Below, one piece after another: positions 16,652 to 26,153 of a stretch of 49,994 nt of DNA (the first letter of the stretch is position 1; each line of letters opens with the position of its first letter). The stretch lies in contig JABMQH010000197.1 of the NCBI GenBank assembly GCA_013203355.1, positions 1 to 49,994 on the forward strand. The letters run 5' to 3'. A program made the position numbers and the translations under genes. The notes beneath the pieces are model-generated. The model made no database searches and was not told the origin of the DNA. It saw nothing but the letters and a program-made list of their open reading frames with translations. This stretch comes from Candidatus Omnitrophota bacterium (GTDB lineage Bacteria > Omnitrophota > Gorgyraeia > JABMQH01).

Positions 16652-19120
16652 ATGTTCAATCGCTTTACAGAAAGGGCAAGAAAGGTAGTACTGCTGGCAA
16701 AGGAAGAGGCAAAGCGCTTCAACCATGACTATATAGGCACAGAGCATATATTGCTTGGCTTGATCAGGGAAGGGGAAGGCGTTGCCGCTGCCGTATTGGA
16801 GAATTTAGGCCTTGATTCGGAAAAGATACGCTTAGAGGTCGAGAAGCTTGTTCACGCAGGGCCGAGCACAGTTATTTCCGGAGATATACCGTTTACGCCA
16901 AAGGCAAAAAAGGTAATAGAGCTTGCTATGGATGAGGCACGAAACCTCGGCCACAATTATATCGGCACAGAGCATTTGCTTTTGGGGTTGATCCGCGAAG
17001 GCGAAGGTGTTGCCAGCCAGGTTTTGATGAATTTGGGCCTTGATCTGAATAAAGTTCGCGATGAGGTTATGCAGCTTTTAGGTTCGGCAACTCCCGGGTT
17101 TGACGTAGGACAAAAAGCACCTATGACACCTGGTGGTGCACCGACAAAAACAAAGACACCAGCCCTGGATGCATTCGGAAGAGATCTTACGATGCTGGCA
17201 AAGCAGGGTAAGCTAGATCCCGTGATAGGGCGCGCGAACGAGATAGAGCGCGTAATACAGATATTATCGAGGAGGACAAAGAATAACCCCGTTCTTTTGG
17301 GCGAGGCAGGTGTTGGGAAAACTGCCATTGTTGAAGGATTGGCTCAAAAGATAATCGTAGGGGACATCCCCGAAATATTGAGTGGCAAGAGGATCGTAAT
17401 ATTAGACCTTGCGCTTATGGTAGCAGGTACAAAATATCGCGGTCAGTTTGAAGAAAGGATTAAGGCAGTGATGGATGAGCTTAAGCGCTCCGAGGAAGTA
17501 ATCATCTTCATAGATGAGCTGCATACATTAGTCGGTGCAGGCGGGGCCGAGGGAGCGATAGATGCCTCGAATATTTTAAAACCGGCGCTTTCCCGCGGAG
17601 AGATTCAATGCGTTGGGGCAACAACGCTTGATGAATATAGAAAGCACATCGAAAAGGATGCGGCCCTGGAGAGAAGGTTCCAGACGATTATGGTAGAGGC
17701 CCCATCAGTGACGGAGACAGTCGCGATATTAAAAGGGTTGCGCGACAAGTATGAAGCTCATCATAAAGTGAAATTTACAGAGGAGGCGCTTGTGGCGGCA
17801 GCGAAGTTGTCCGATAGGTATATAAGCGGAAGATTCTTACCTGATAAGGCGATAGATTTAATTGATGAAGCAGGCTCAAGGGCAAGACTTTCGGTTATGA
17901 CTACTCCGCCCGACCTTAAAAAGATAGAGGAGAAGATTGAAGGGTTATGTAAGAAGAAAGAAGCGTCGGTGGAAGGCCAGGATTTTGAAAAGGCAGCTAA
18001 GTTTAGGGACGAAGAAAGAAAAGCGAAAGCGGAACTTGTGAAGACTAAGAAGGACTGGAAGGAGAAAAAAGGCACCCCTGAAGTTATTGTGAACGAAGAG
18101 GACATAGCTGTGATTGTTTCGAAATGGACAGGCATTCCGCTTGTGAGGCTTGAAGAGAAAGAAACAGAAAAGTTTCTTAAAATAGAGGAAGGCTTACACA
18201 AAAGGGTTATTGGGCAAAATGAGGCGATTACTGCAATTTCTAATGCGGTGAGGCGTTCAAGGGCCGGCATAAAAGACCCAAAAAAGCCTATAGGCTCATT
18301 TGTCTTTCTGGGGCCTACGGGTGTAGGAAAAACCCTTTTGGCAAAGGCGCTTGCGGAGTATCTCTTTGGTGACGAGAATGCGATTATTCAACTTGATATG
18401 TCCGAGTATATGGAAAAGTTTAATGTATCAAGGCTTGTCGGTGCCCCTCCCGGGTATGTGGGGTATGAAGAAGGGGGCCAGCTTACAGAGAAGGTGAGGC
18501 GGAGGCCTTATTCGATAGTCCTATTGGATGAGATAGAGAAGGCGCACCCGGATGTTTTTAACCTTCTCCTTCAGATTTTGGAAGAAGGGCGCCTGACCGA
18601 TGCGTTTGGAAGAAAAGTGAATTTCAAAAATGTTATTTTGATCATGACTTCCAATATCGGGGCTGAGATGCTGAAGAAAAAGGGGTCACTTGGGTTTAAG
18701 GCGCAAGGGAAAGATACCGATTATCAGTCTATGAAGGAACGCTTGCTTGAAGAGGTAAAGAAGACATTTAAGCCGGAGTTTTTGAATAGGGTTGACGATA
18801 TGATCGTCTTCCAATCTCTTACAAAAGACGACCTTTACGAGATTATACACATTGAGATAGCAGAGGTTGAGAAGAGGCTACTGGAACAGAATATAACGCT
18901 TGAGCTTACGAAAGACGCCAAAGAGTTTTTGATTGAAAAGGGATTCGACCGGGTGTTTGGCGCCAGGCCCCTTAAGAGGACGATTCAGCGCTTCCTGGAA
19001 GACCCACTCGCTGAAGATATTATATCCGGGCACTTCAAAAAAGGCGGTTTTGTAAAGGTCTCAAGTAAGGTGGACCATCTGGTATTCGAGCAAATAGATG
19101 CGAAGAGCACAGTTAGCTAG
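16652..19120 (+). CDS. clpC: ATP-dependent Clp protease ATP-binding subunit ClpC
   Basis: Two Clp-N repeats, two AAA+ modules ([16 protein letters not shown]), a UVR middle domain and the LGF ClpP-docking loop. Confidence 0.96.
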   Translation: MFNRFTERARKVVLLAKEEAKRFNHDYIGTEHILLGLIREGEGVAAAVLENLGLDSEKIRLEVEKLVHAGPSTVISGDIPFTPKAKKVIELAMDEARNLGHNYIGTEHLLLGLIREGEGVASQVLMNLGLDLNKVRDEVMQLLGSATPGFDVGQKAPMTPGGAPTKTKTPALDAFGRDLTMLAKQGKLDPVIGRANEIERVIQILSRRTKNNPVLLGEAGVGKTAIVEGLAQKIIVGDIPEILSGKRIVILDLALMVAGTKYRGQFEERIKAVMDELKRSEEVIIFIDELHTLVGAGGAEGAIDASNILKPALSRGEIQCVGATTLDEYRKHIEKDAALERRFQTIMVEAPSVTETVAILKGLRDKYEAHHKVKFTEEALVAAAKLSDRYISGRFLPDKAIDLIDEAGSRARLSVMTTPPDLKKIEEKIEGLCKKKEASVEGQDFEKAAKFRDEERKAKAELVKTKKDWKEKKGTPEVIVNEEDIAVIVSKWTGIPLVRLEEKETEKFLKIEEGLHKRVIGQNEAITAISNAVRRSRAGIKDPKKPIGSFVFLGPTGVGKTLLAKALAEYLFGDENAIIQLDMSEYMEKFNVSRLVGAPPGYVGYEEGGQLTEKVRRRPYSIVLLDEIEKAHPDVFNLLLQILEEGRLTDAFGRKVNFKNVILIMTSNIGAEMLKKKGSLGFKAQGKDTDYQSMKERLLEEVKKTFKPEFLNRVDDMIVFQSLTKDDLYEIIHIEIAEVEKRLLEQNITLELTKDAKEFLIEKGFDRVFGARPLKRTIQRFLEDPLAEDIISGHFKKGGFVKVSSKVDHLVFEQIDAKSTVS

Positions 19121-20924
19121 AAGAAGAAAGTTTTCCGGGGTATTAGTTATTGCGGCCCTATCTTGGGTAGGGGTAGGTATGGGTTTTGATATGAAAACCG
19201 GCCTGATGGCTAAAGACTTTAGGATTTTTTTAGAGGATAAGCTAAACAAAATCCTTGTAAATAAAGAAGTAAAGCTGTCGCGGATTTCAGGCCGGGCGTT
19301 TGAAAATGTGACGATAAACGAATTCAGCATTTCCAACAGATCGGCCGAATCCCAAAAGTCGCCCCCAATATTTTCAGTGGATAAGATAATAATCAAATAT
19401 GACCTGCTGAATTTGTTTTTCAAGCGTTTTGAAAGACTGAACGGTGTTTATCTTATATCACCGTCTCTGTCTTTTGCCCCGAAAGAAACGCAGGGTATTG
19501 CCCCGATGGTCTCCGCGGCCCCTTTTGTCAACGGAACACTTTACGGTGATAACCGTATAAAATTTTATATATTGAATGGCAACATTTCCGGCTTTGGAAA
19601 TAAACCGATTTTGACCAATTTGGCGGGCGGTGTTACATTCCGTAATTCTACGCTATTTTTCAATAATTTAAGAGGCAACTTTTTAAACCTTCCGGTGCGG
19701 GTAAGAGGGAGGATACAGGACCCATTTGGATCTCCTGTGATAAAGTTAAAACTTCTCATGGAAGACAAGTATTATACGGCAAGGTTTGCGTTAAAGAGCG
19801 TGGGCCAAGAGGGTGAGGTAGCTGTTTCTGGAAACCTGCGGTTCCTTGATAAGTTCAGTTTCTACTTTCAAGGAAGGATAAATATTATCTCGGACGGCGT
19901 CATAGAAGTAAAGGATCTTCTGGTTAATGATTCGTTTAACATAAATGGCGGCATAGACCTTGCTGCCAAATCGAGTAAATTTGTCATGCAATCAAAGGCG
20001 GGCCTTATTGAGGTCACCAGCACAATCAGTCAGAAAAAAGGTCTGTCTATTGATGCAAAGCTAAGTCACGTGAATCTCTTTGGACTTGATGTATTGAGTC
20101 AGATATACATAAATACAAGTCTTCACAGGCCTGGCAATTCCCCTGAAATTTTAAGGGGCAGTCTTAAAACACAAAATTCAATCTTAAATTATAAACCTTT
20201 CCAGGAGATACAGGCAAGGTGGGTATTAAAGGAGAACGAGCTTTTTATTACCCGTCTTTCTTTAGGTGATGCATACAAGTTGTCCGGGATATTCAATCTG
20301 GATGCCCCGTATAACATGGATTTGAATTTGGCGGTTAAGAATGCCTTTTTAGAGGATTGGCTCATATTTGCAGAACCTGACTCCGACCAACCTCGCCCGT
20401 TATCCGGTGTGGCAAACGGCCAGATGAGCATAAAGGGCCCCCTGAAGGAAGCGGTGAGTAGTGGGAGATTTGAAGTTCGCAACGGGAATATACAGGAAGT
20501 AAAGTTTAACGTTATGAATTTTAATCTGGACGGGAAAGGCCCCATACTTTTAGTCGCCGACTCAAAGATGGTAAAGGAAGGCGGCTTTCTTCTGATGGAC
20601 GGAGAGATAAATATGAGGAAACTGGGCAAGAGGAATATATTTGAGGACATAAAGATAGAAACGGATCAGAGGGTTATAGTTTGGGAAGGGTGGGATATTT
20701 CCAAAGACATATATACCTCAGAGGTGAACTTAGAGAAGGATATAAGTGAGGATTTTAAAGTTAACCTTAAGACATATACGAGTGCAGGCAATGATAATAC
20801 CGACCCTGACCGCAAAAGAAGCGAGATAGGCCTAGATTATAAAATCCAAAAGGACGATAGTATAAATTTACGGATGAAGGAAGACAGCGCCTTTATGGGT
20901 GTTGAGCGTAAGATTAAGTTTTAA
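19098..20924 (+). CDS. Hypothetical beta-rich envelope protein (AsmA/TamB-like)
   Basis: Basic N-terminus plus a hydrophobic anchor, then ~570 aa of amphipathic beta-strand pattern. Ends in beta-strands with terminal Phe (VERKIKF). Confidence 0.55.
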   Translation: MRRAQLARRRKFSGVLVIAALSWVGVGMGFDMKTGLMAKDFRIFLEDKLNKILVNKEVKLSRISGRAFENVTINEFSISNRSAESQKSPPIFSVDKIIIKYDLLNLFFKRFERLNGVYLISPSLSFAPKETQGIAPMVSAAPFVNGTLYGDNRIKFYILNGNISGFGNKPILTNLAGGVTFRNSTLFFNNLRGNFLNLPVRVRGRIQDPFGSPVIKLKLLMEDKYYTARFALKSVGQEGEVAVSGNLRFLDKFSFYFQGRINIISDGVIEVKDLLVNDSFNINGGIDLAAKSSKFVMQSKAGLIEVTSTISQKKGLSIDAKLSHVNLFGLDVLSQIYINTSLHRPGNSPEILRGSLKTQNSILNYKPFQEIQARWVLKENELFITRLSLGDAYKLSGIFNLDAPYNMDLNLAVKNAFLEDWLIFAEPDSDQPRPLSGVANGQMSIKGPLKEAVSSGRFEVRNGNIQEVKFNVMNFNLDGKGPILLVADSKMVKEGGFLLMDGEINMRKLGKRNIFEDIKIETDQRVIVWEGWDISKDIYTSEVNLEKDISEDFKVNLKTYTSAGNDNTDPDRKRSEIGLDYKIQKDDSINLRMKEDSAFMGVERKIKF

Positions 20925-20956
20925 CCTAGCCCTTTTTTAAGAGGGACCAAAAGATA

Positions 20957-21736
20957 ATGTTAGAGCGACTAAGGGAACTCGGAGCAAAATTTTTGAATTT
21001 CATGAAATACATAGGTGGCCTCTGGACGCTTTTTGTCGAGACCTTATTATGGACATTCCAGCCTCCTTTTAAAAGAAAAGAGATCATGGATCAGATGAAT
21101 AAGATCGGCGTGAATAGCGTTCCCATAGTATTCCTGACCAGTCTTTTTACGGGAATGGTCTTGGCGCTTCAAAGCGCGTACCAGATGCAGAAGATTTCCG
21201 CCACGATGTATGTCGCCTCGCTGGTTTCTCTTTCTATGTGCAGGGAGTTAGGGCCGGTGCTTACGGCATTGGTTGTAGCGGGCCGTGTGGGCGCTTCCAT
21301 AACGGCAGAATTGGGAACCATGAAGGTTACCGAGCAGGTGGATGCCTTAGAGACACTGGCAACAAATCCAATTAAATATCTGGCGGTCCCGAGATTTGTA
21401 GCACTATTTTTTATGCTTCCCCTGTTGACCATATATGCGGATTTTATCGGGATCCTGGGAGGATATTTAGTTGGGGTTGGAAAATTAGGGGTTACTTCAA
21501 GTTTATATTGGAGGATGACATATGACCCATTGGTCCTCAAGGATTTTTTTACCGGGCTCATAAAATCATTTGCGTTTGCAATAATCATCTGTATAGTTGC
21601 CTGTTATCAGGGACTGAATAGCGAGGGCGGGGCCGAAGGAGTCGGCCGCGCTACTACGCTTTCGGTTGTGAGCAGCTTTATTTTAATTATTTCAGCTGAT
21701 TGCTTTTTTACGGCGCTGTTTTATTTCGCATTTTAA
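20957..21736 (+). CDS. mlaE: MlaE-family ABC permease
   Basis: RELGPVLTALVVAGRVGASITAELGTMKVTEQVDAL and GAEGVGRATT. Confidence 0.95.
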   Translation: MLERLRELGAKFLNFMKYIGGLWTLFVETLLWTFQPPFKRKEIMDQMNKIGVNSVPIVFLTSLFTGMVLALQSAYQMQKISATMYVASLVSLSMCRELGPVLTALVVAGRVGASITAELGTMKVTEQVDALETLATNPIKYLAVPRFVALFFMLPLLTIYADFIGILGGYLVGVGKLGVTSSLYWRMTYDPLVLKDFFTGLIKSFAFAIIICIVACYQGLNSEGGAEGVGRATTLSVVSSFILIISADCFFTALFYFAF

Positions 21737-21741
21737 AGCCT

Positions 21742-22491
21742 ATGATAGAGATAATTAATTTATGTAAATCATTTAACGGGAAGAAGGTATTAGAGAACCT
21801 GAACCTGACCGTAGAGAAGGGTGAGACGATGGTTATTATCGGCAGGTCCGGTTGCGGTAAGAGTGTTCTGTTAAAACATATAATAGGTATATTAAAGCCG
21901 GACTCGGGACAGGTAATTATCGATGGAACGGATATAACGAAGTTAGAGGAAAAGGATTTAAAAGAATTCAGGATGAAATTCGGAATGCTTTTTCAGGGAG
22001 CTGCTCTTTTTGATTCGTTGACCGTATATGAAAATGTAGGGTTCAATTTAATTGAGCATACAGATCGGTCAAGAGAAGAGATCAGGGGGAGGGTAAGCGA
22101 ATGTCTTCAACTGGTAGGATTAAAAGGTATCGAGGATTTGAAGCCGGCGGAGTTATCAGGAGGTATGAGGAAAAGGGTGGGTCTGGCAAGGGCAATCTGC
22201 ATGAAACCGGAGATTATTCTCTATGATGAGCCTACGACAGGAGTCGACCCTATCATGGGCGATGCCGTTAATGATTTGATAAAGGATTTGCATGATAAGC
22301 TGAATCCCATCTCTATTGCTGTTACGCATGACATGGTGAGTGCGTATAAAATTGCCTCGAGGTTGGCGATGTTATATAATGGAAAGATTATTAGTGTCGG
22401 AACGCCGGAGGAGATTAAGAATACAACTAACCCTGTGGTGAAACAATTTATCACTGGCGCGGCAGTAGGCCCTATAACCGAAGGAGGATAA
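21742..22491 (+). CDS. mlaF: MlaF-family ABC ATPase
   Basis: Motifs GRSGCGKS, FGMLFQGAALFDS, LSGGMRKRVGLARA and YDEPTTG. Start set at ATG 21742. Confidence 0.93.
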   Translation: MIEIINLCKSFNGKKVLENLNLTVEKGETMVIIGRSGCGKSVLLKHIIGILKPDSGQVIIDGTDITKLEEKDLKEFRMKFGMLFQGAALFDSLTVYENVGFNLIEHTDRSREEIRGRVSECLQLVGLKGIEDLKPAELSGGMRKRVGLARAICMKPEIILYDEPTTGVDPIMGDAVNDLIKDLHDKLNPISIAVTHDMVSAYKIASRLAMLYNGKIISVGTPEEIKNTTNPVVKQFITGAAVGPITEGG

Positions 22492-22496
22492 ACCCT

Positions 22497-23153
22497 ATGG
22501 AATCAAAGCCATTGAATTTTGAAATAAAGGTTGGCATCTTTGTATTTTTGGGAATCTTGATAATGTTTCTTATAGTATTTTCGATAGGGGAATTCTATAT
22601 ATTAAGGCCCATGTATAATATAAAGGTTCTATTTGGTTTTGCAAATGGTATCGCTACGGGGGCACCGGTGAGGCTTGCGGGTGTCAATATTGGGGAGGTT
22701 GAAGATATAAGTGTATTTTATGATACAAAGCTGCAGCAGACGCGGGTTATGCTTGTGGCAAAAATAAAAAAGCACGCCAAGATTGAAAAAAATGCCATTT
22801 GCAGAATTAATACATTAGGCCTCCTCGGAGAAAAATATCTGGAGATTACACCGGGTACGGTAGAGACGGGATTTTTAGAGGATCAAGAGGCCGTTGTCGG
22901 GGAGGATCCTGTTCCCATGGAGGAGATCACCGAGACCATGAAAGAGCTTTCGGAGAATGCAAAGGCGATTACCGAGTCGACAACTGTGGTATTGGGAAGG
23001 CTTGAAAGAGGAGAGGGCACTATTGGAAAACTTTTGGTTGAGGAGAAGGTCTATAATGACCTCCAAGAGTTTGTCGAAGATATAAAGGAACACCCGTGGA
23101 AACTGTTGGTTAAGCAGAGAAAGAAACGGAAGGAGCAGGAGGATAAAAAATGA
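22497..23153 (+). CDS. mlaD: MlaD/MCE-family protein with a helical C-terminal tail
   Basis: N-terminal TM, then GAPVRLAGVNIGEV and TLGLLGEKYLEITPG. Tail GEGTIGKLL...HPWKLL. Confidence 0.9.
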   Translation: MESKPLNFEIKVGIFVFLGILIMFLIVFSIGEFYILRPMYNIKVLFGFANGIATGAPVRLAGVNIGEVEDISVFYDTKLQQTRVMLVAKIKKHAKIEKNAICRINTLGLLGEKYLEITPGTVETGFLEDQEAVVGEDPVPMEEITETMKELSENAKAITESTTVVLGRLERGEGTIGKLLVEEKVYNDLQEFVEDIKEHPWKLLVKQRKKRKEQEDKK

Positions 23154-24181
23154 CACTCTTATTCATACGAATTTTCTTTATTGTCTTGAGTACCGCGGTG
23201 GGCTATTTTTTAGGTAATACTTTTATTATTCAAGAGCCAAGGTATGGAGCCATAGGCGCTGCAATAGGTTTTGGACTTGCTGTATTCTTAATATTGCTTG
23301 AAGGCTCTATGCGTAAAATCTCTGTGAGGAATTTATCGGCGGCGGTATTTGGTTTAATATTCGGTCTATTTATGTCCTGGGTGCTGTCGAGCGCAATTAA
23401 ACTCATACCCATGGACCTAAGGATGTTTTCAACCATCCAGATAGTGCTTACCCTTATCTTTTGTTACCTTGGTATGGTAATAGCTATTAGGGGAAAGGAC
23501 GAATTTAATTTGATTATCCCTTATGTAAAATTTATGAGGCAGGATCAAAAGGACGAGATTATACTATTGGATACAAGTATAATTATAGACGGCAGGATTG
23601 TCGATATATGCTCAACCAAATTCATTGAAGGCAGGCTGGTTATCCCGAGATTTGTACTGAAGGAACTTCAGCAGGTTGCAGATTCGGCGGATGCCTTAAA
23701 AAGGAACAGAGGTAGGCGCGGACTCGACGTGTTGAACCAGCTTCAGAAGAGCCCGCACCTCGATGTAAAGATAGAAGAAGAAAATTTTCCAGCTATAACG
23801 GATGTAGACGCGAAGCTTGTTAAGCTTGCGAAAGTATTAGGAGCCAAAATTCTTACAAATGATTACAATCTGAATAAGGTTGCCGAGATTCAGCAGGTAA
23901 CTGTCTTGAATATAAATAATCTCGCGAATGCCTTAAAGCCGGCTGTCCTGCCAAGCGAAGTCTTGGAGGTGAAGATTATCAAAGAGGGTAAGGAGTTCAA
24001 TCAAGGGGTAGCATACTTAGATGATGGGACCATGATTGTCGTAGATAATGCAAGGCATCTGATCGGCCAGACGGTTAAGGCCTTGGTTACAAGTGTACTT
24101 CAGACCTCTGCAGGGCGTATGATTTTTGCTAAAGTAGAAAATACCAATTATCATCATAGCGGCCGGAAAGGGCACAAGTAA
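23150..24181 (+). CDS. Membrane PIN/TRAM-domain protein (YacL-like)
   Basis: Four TM segments. Motifs LLDTSIIIDGRI, KRNRGRRGLD, TNDYNLNKVA and QGVAYLDDGTMIVV. Confidence 0.92.
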   Translation: MTLLFIRIFFIVLSTAVGYFLGNTFIIQEPRYGAIGAAIGFGLAVFLILLEGSMRKISVRNLSAAVFGLIFGLFMSWVLSSAIKLIPMDLRMFSTIQIVLTLIFCYLGMVIAIRGKDEFNLIIPYVKFMRQDQKDEIILLDTSIIIDGRIVDICSTKFIEGRLVIPRFVLKELQQVADSADALKRNRGRRGLDVLNQLQKSPHLDVKIEEENFPAITDVDAKLVKLAKVLGAKILTNDYNLNKVAEIQQVTVLNINNLANALKPAVLPSEVLEVKIIKEGKEFNQGVAYLDDGTMIVVDNARHLIGQTVKALVTSVLQTSAGRMIFAKVENTNYHHSGRKGHK

Positions 24182-24221
24182 TTTCCGCGAAATCATTTCT
24201 GTGATATAGCGTAGACAATGA

Positions 24222-24296
24222 ACCCCGCACCTTTGTATTATTCAAGGTGCAGGGAATAGGTAAAAATGAATTTTGAATATTTAAAAGGTGCGGGGT
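24222..24296. promoter_or_regulatory. Nested inverted repeat overlapping the ispD SD and start codon
   Basis: ACCCCGCACCTTT(24222-24234) pairs perfectly with AAAGGTGCGGGGT(24284-24296), or alternatively with AAGGTGCAGGG(24244-24254). Confidence 0.6.
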
Positions 24297-24978
24297 GAAA
24301 AGCGAAGCGATAGTCGCCTCTGCTGGTATTGGCAAGAGGTTGCGAGCAAAGATAAGGAAACCATATTTAAACCTTTTAGGAAAACCCATCCTTGTTCATA
24401 CCTTACAGGCCTTGAGCAATTCTAAAGATATAGATAATATTATCGTAGTTGTGAACAGGCTTGATAAAAAGCGGTGTGAAAGAATAATAGAAAGATACAG
24501 GATAAAAAAGGTTAAGGCGGTAGTCGTGGGGGGCAGATATAGATACAGTTCTGTCCGCAACGGGCTTAATTCTCTGGATAAGGATACCGATATAGTCATT
24601 ATCCACGATGCAGTAAGGCCATTTATTGACGATGATATTATCGGAAGGTCGGTAAGGTGCGCTAAAAGGTTTGGCGCATGTGTTGTCGGCGCGCCGGTTA
24701 TCTCTACTATAAAAGAGGTAGACGGGACGTTGAAGATTCTTTCTACGCCGAAGAGAAAAAGGTTTTGGTTTGCGCAGACACCGCAGGTTTTCAGAAAGGC
24801 TTTGATTTTGAGGGCCTATAATGTGAAAGGGAACGGCCGTTTTACCCTTACTGATGATGCGGCTTGTGTTGAGCGTCTTGGGGTTAAGGTTAGAATGATA
24901 ATGGGGTCTTACAGGAATATAAAAATTACCACGCCGGAAGACCTCGCAGTGGCCAGGGGACTAGCAAAATGCGCATAG
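24295..24978 (+). CDS. ispD: 2-C-methyl-D-erythritol 4-phosphate cytidylyltransferase
   Basis: Motifs AGIGKR, IHDAVRPF, AQTPQVF, TDDA and NIKITTPEDL. GTG start. Confidence 0.95.
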   Translation: MKSEAIVASAGIGKRLRAKIRKPYLNLLGKPILVHTLQALSNSKDIDNIIVVVNRLDKKRCERIIERYRIKKVKAVVVGGRYRYSSVRNGLNSLDKDTDIVIIHDAVRPFIDDDIIGRSVRCAKRFGACVVGAPVISTIKEVDGTLKILSTPKRKRFWFAQTPQVFRKALILRAYNVKGNGRFTLTDDAACVERLGVKVRMIMGSYRNIKITTPEDLAVARGLAKCA

Positions 24979-25454
24979 GCATAGGCTATGATATACATAA
25001 GTTAGTTTCAGGGCGAAGACTTATCCTCGGAGGCCTCGAAATACCTTACGAAAAGGGTCTCGAGGGCCATTCTGATGCGGATGTACTTTTGCATGCCGTC
25101 TCAGATGCGCTATTAGGAGCAATTTCAGAAGGAGACATCGGTCAGCACTTTCCTGATACGGATCCCCAGTACAAGGGTGTATCCAGCGTGGAATTATTGA
25201 AAAAGGTATATGCCTTGGTCCAAAGTAAAGATTATAGGATTAATAACATAGATACCGTGATAATTGCCCAGGGGCCTAAGCTTACGCCATTTAAGGAACG
25301 GATTCAAAAACAAATAGCTCATGTTTTAAATATTGAAGAAGATAAAGTTAACATAAAAGCCAAAACAAATGAGGGATTAGGTGATCTTGGTAAGAACAAA
25401 GCGATTGCAACTTATGCCGTTGTCTTAATAACCAAGAAGGCCAAGGAGGATTAA
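24969..25454 (+). CDS. ispF: 2-C-methyl-D-erythritol 2,4-cyclodiphosphate synthase
   Basis: Motifs [20 protein letters not shown] and DIGQHFPD. Confidence 0.97.
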   Translation: MRIGIGYDIHKLVSGRRLILGGLEIPYEKGLEGHSDADVLLHAVSDALLGAISEGDIGQHFPDTDPQYKGVSSVELLKKVYALVQSKDYRINNIDTVIIAQGPKLTPFKERIQKQIAHVLNIEEDKVNIKAKTNEGLGDLGKNKAIATYAVVLITKKAKED

Positions 25455-25455
25455 G

Positions 25456-26133
25456 ATGTCACTGTGCCTAAAAATATTATTTATAATCATAGGATTGGTC
25501 GTATTGAAAATTGGTTTGATCGCAGCATTTTTCTATGATGAGATCAAAGCCGCCCAGAAGAAGGACCCGGCCGCAAAAGGCTTTCTGGCGGTGCTTTTGC
25601 TGTATCAGGGATTGCATGCCTTGGTAACTTACCGTATTTCGCATGTGTTCTATAAAATGCACCTGTTTTTTATAGCGCGTTTGATCAGCCAGATCTCGCG
25701 GTTCATGACCGGAATTGAAATCCATCCAGGCGCCAGAATAGGAAAAGGTTTCTTTATCGACCATGGTATGGGTGTCGTAATCGGGGAGACCTCTATTATC
25801 GGAGATAACGTGCTTTTATATCAGGGTGTAACGCTCGGCGGGACAGGATTGGAAAAAGGCAAACGCCATCCCACAATCGGCAACAATGTTGTTATTGGCG
25901 GAGGGGCAATGATCCTGGGCAATATAACCGTGGGTGACAATTCCTACATAGGCGCAAATGCGGTAGTGATTAAGGATGTACCGCCGAATTCAACGGTAGT
26001 TGGTGTGCCGGGAAGGATTACAAAGCAGGATGGGAAGAAATTGGATGTTACCTTAGACCATATTCACGTACTCGACCCCATAATGCAGAACATTGACGAA
26101 CTTAAAAAACGGCTAGACCGATTAGAGAAATAA
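25456..26133 (+). CDS. cysE: Serine O-acetyltransferase with an N-terminal TM segment
   Basis: Motifs [39 protein letters not shown] and VVGVPG. Confidence 0.9.
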   Translation: MSLCLKILFIIIGLVVLKIGLIAAFFYDEIKAAQKKDPAAKGFLAVLLLYQGLHALVTYRISHVFYKMHLFFIARLISQISRFMTGIEIHPGARIGKGFFIDHGMGVVIGETSIIGDNVLLYQGVTLGGTGLEKGKRHPTIGNNVVIGGGAMILGNITVGDNSYIGANAVVIKDVPPNSTVVGVPGRITKQDGKKLDVTLDHIHVLDPIMQNIDELKKRLDRLEK

Positions 26134-26153
26134 CGAAGTCGCGGCCGAAACTT

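Noticed and set aside
20930-20945. Small hairpin CCCTTTT-TT-AAGAGGG over the mlaE SD
   Set aside because: The stem is short and weak with a minimal loop, and cannot be distinguished from chance.
21700-21741. N-terminal extension of mlaF given by the ORF track
   Set aside because: It overlaps mlaE. ATG 21742 gives the canonical MIEI start.
23150-24181. PIN-domain gene as a toxin-antitoxin toxin
   Set aside because: It is the conserved membrane PIN/TRAM (YacL) type in its usual position before ispD, with no antitoxin.
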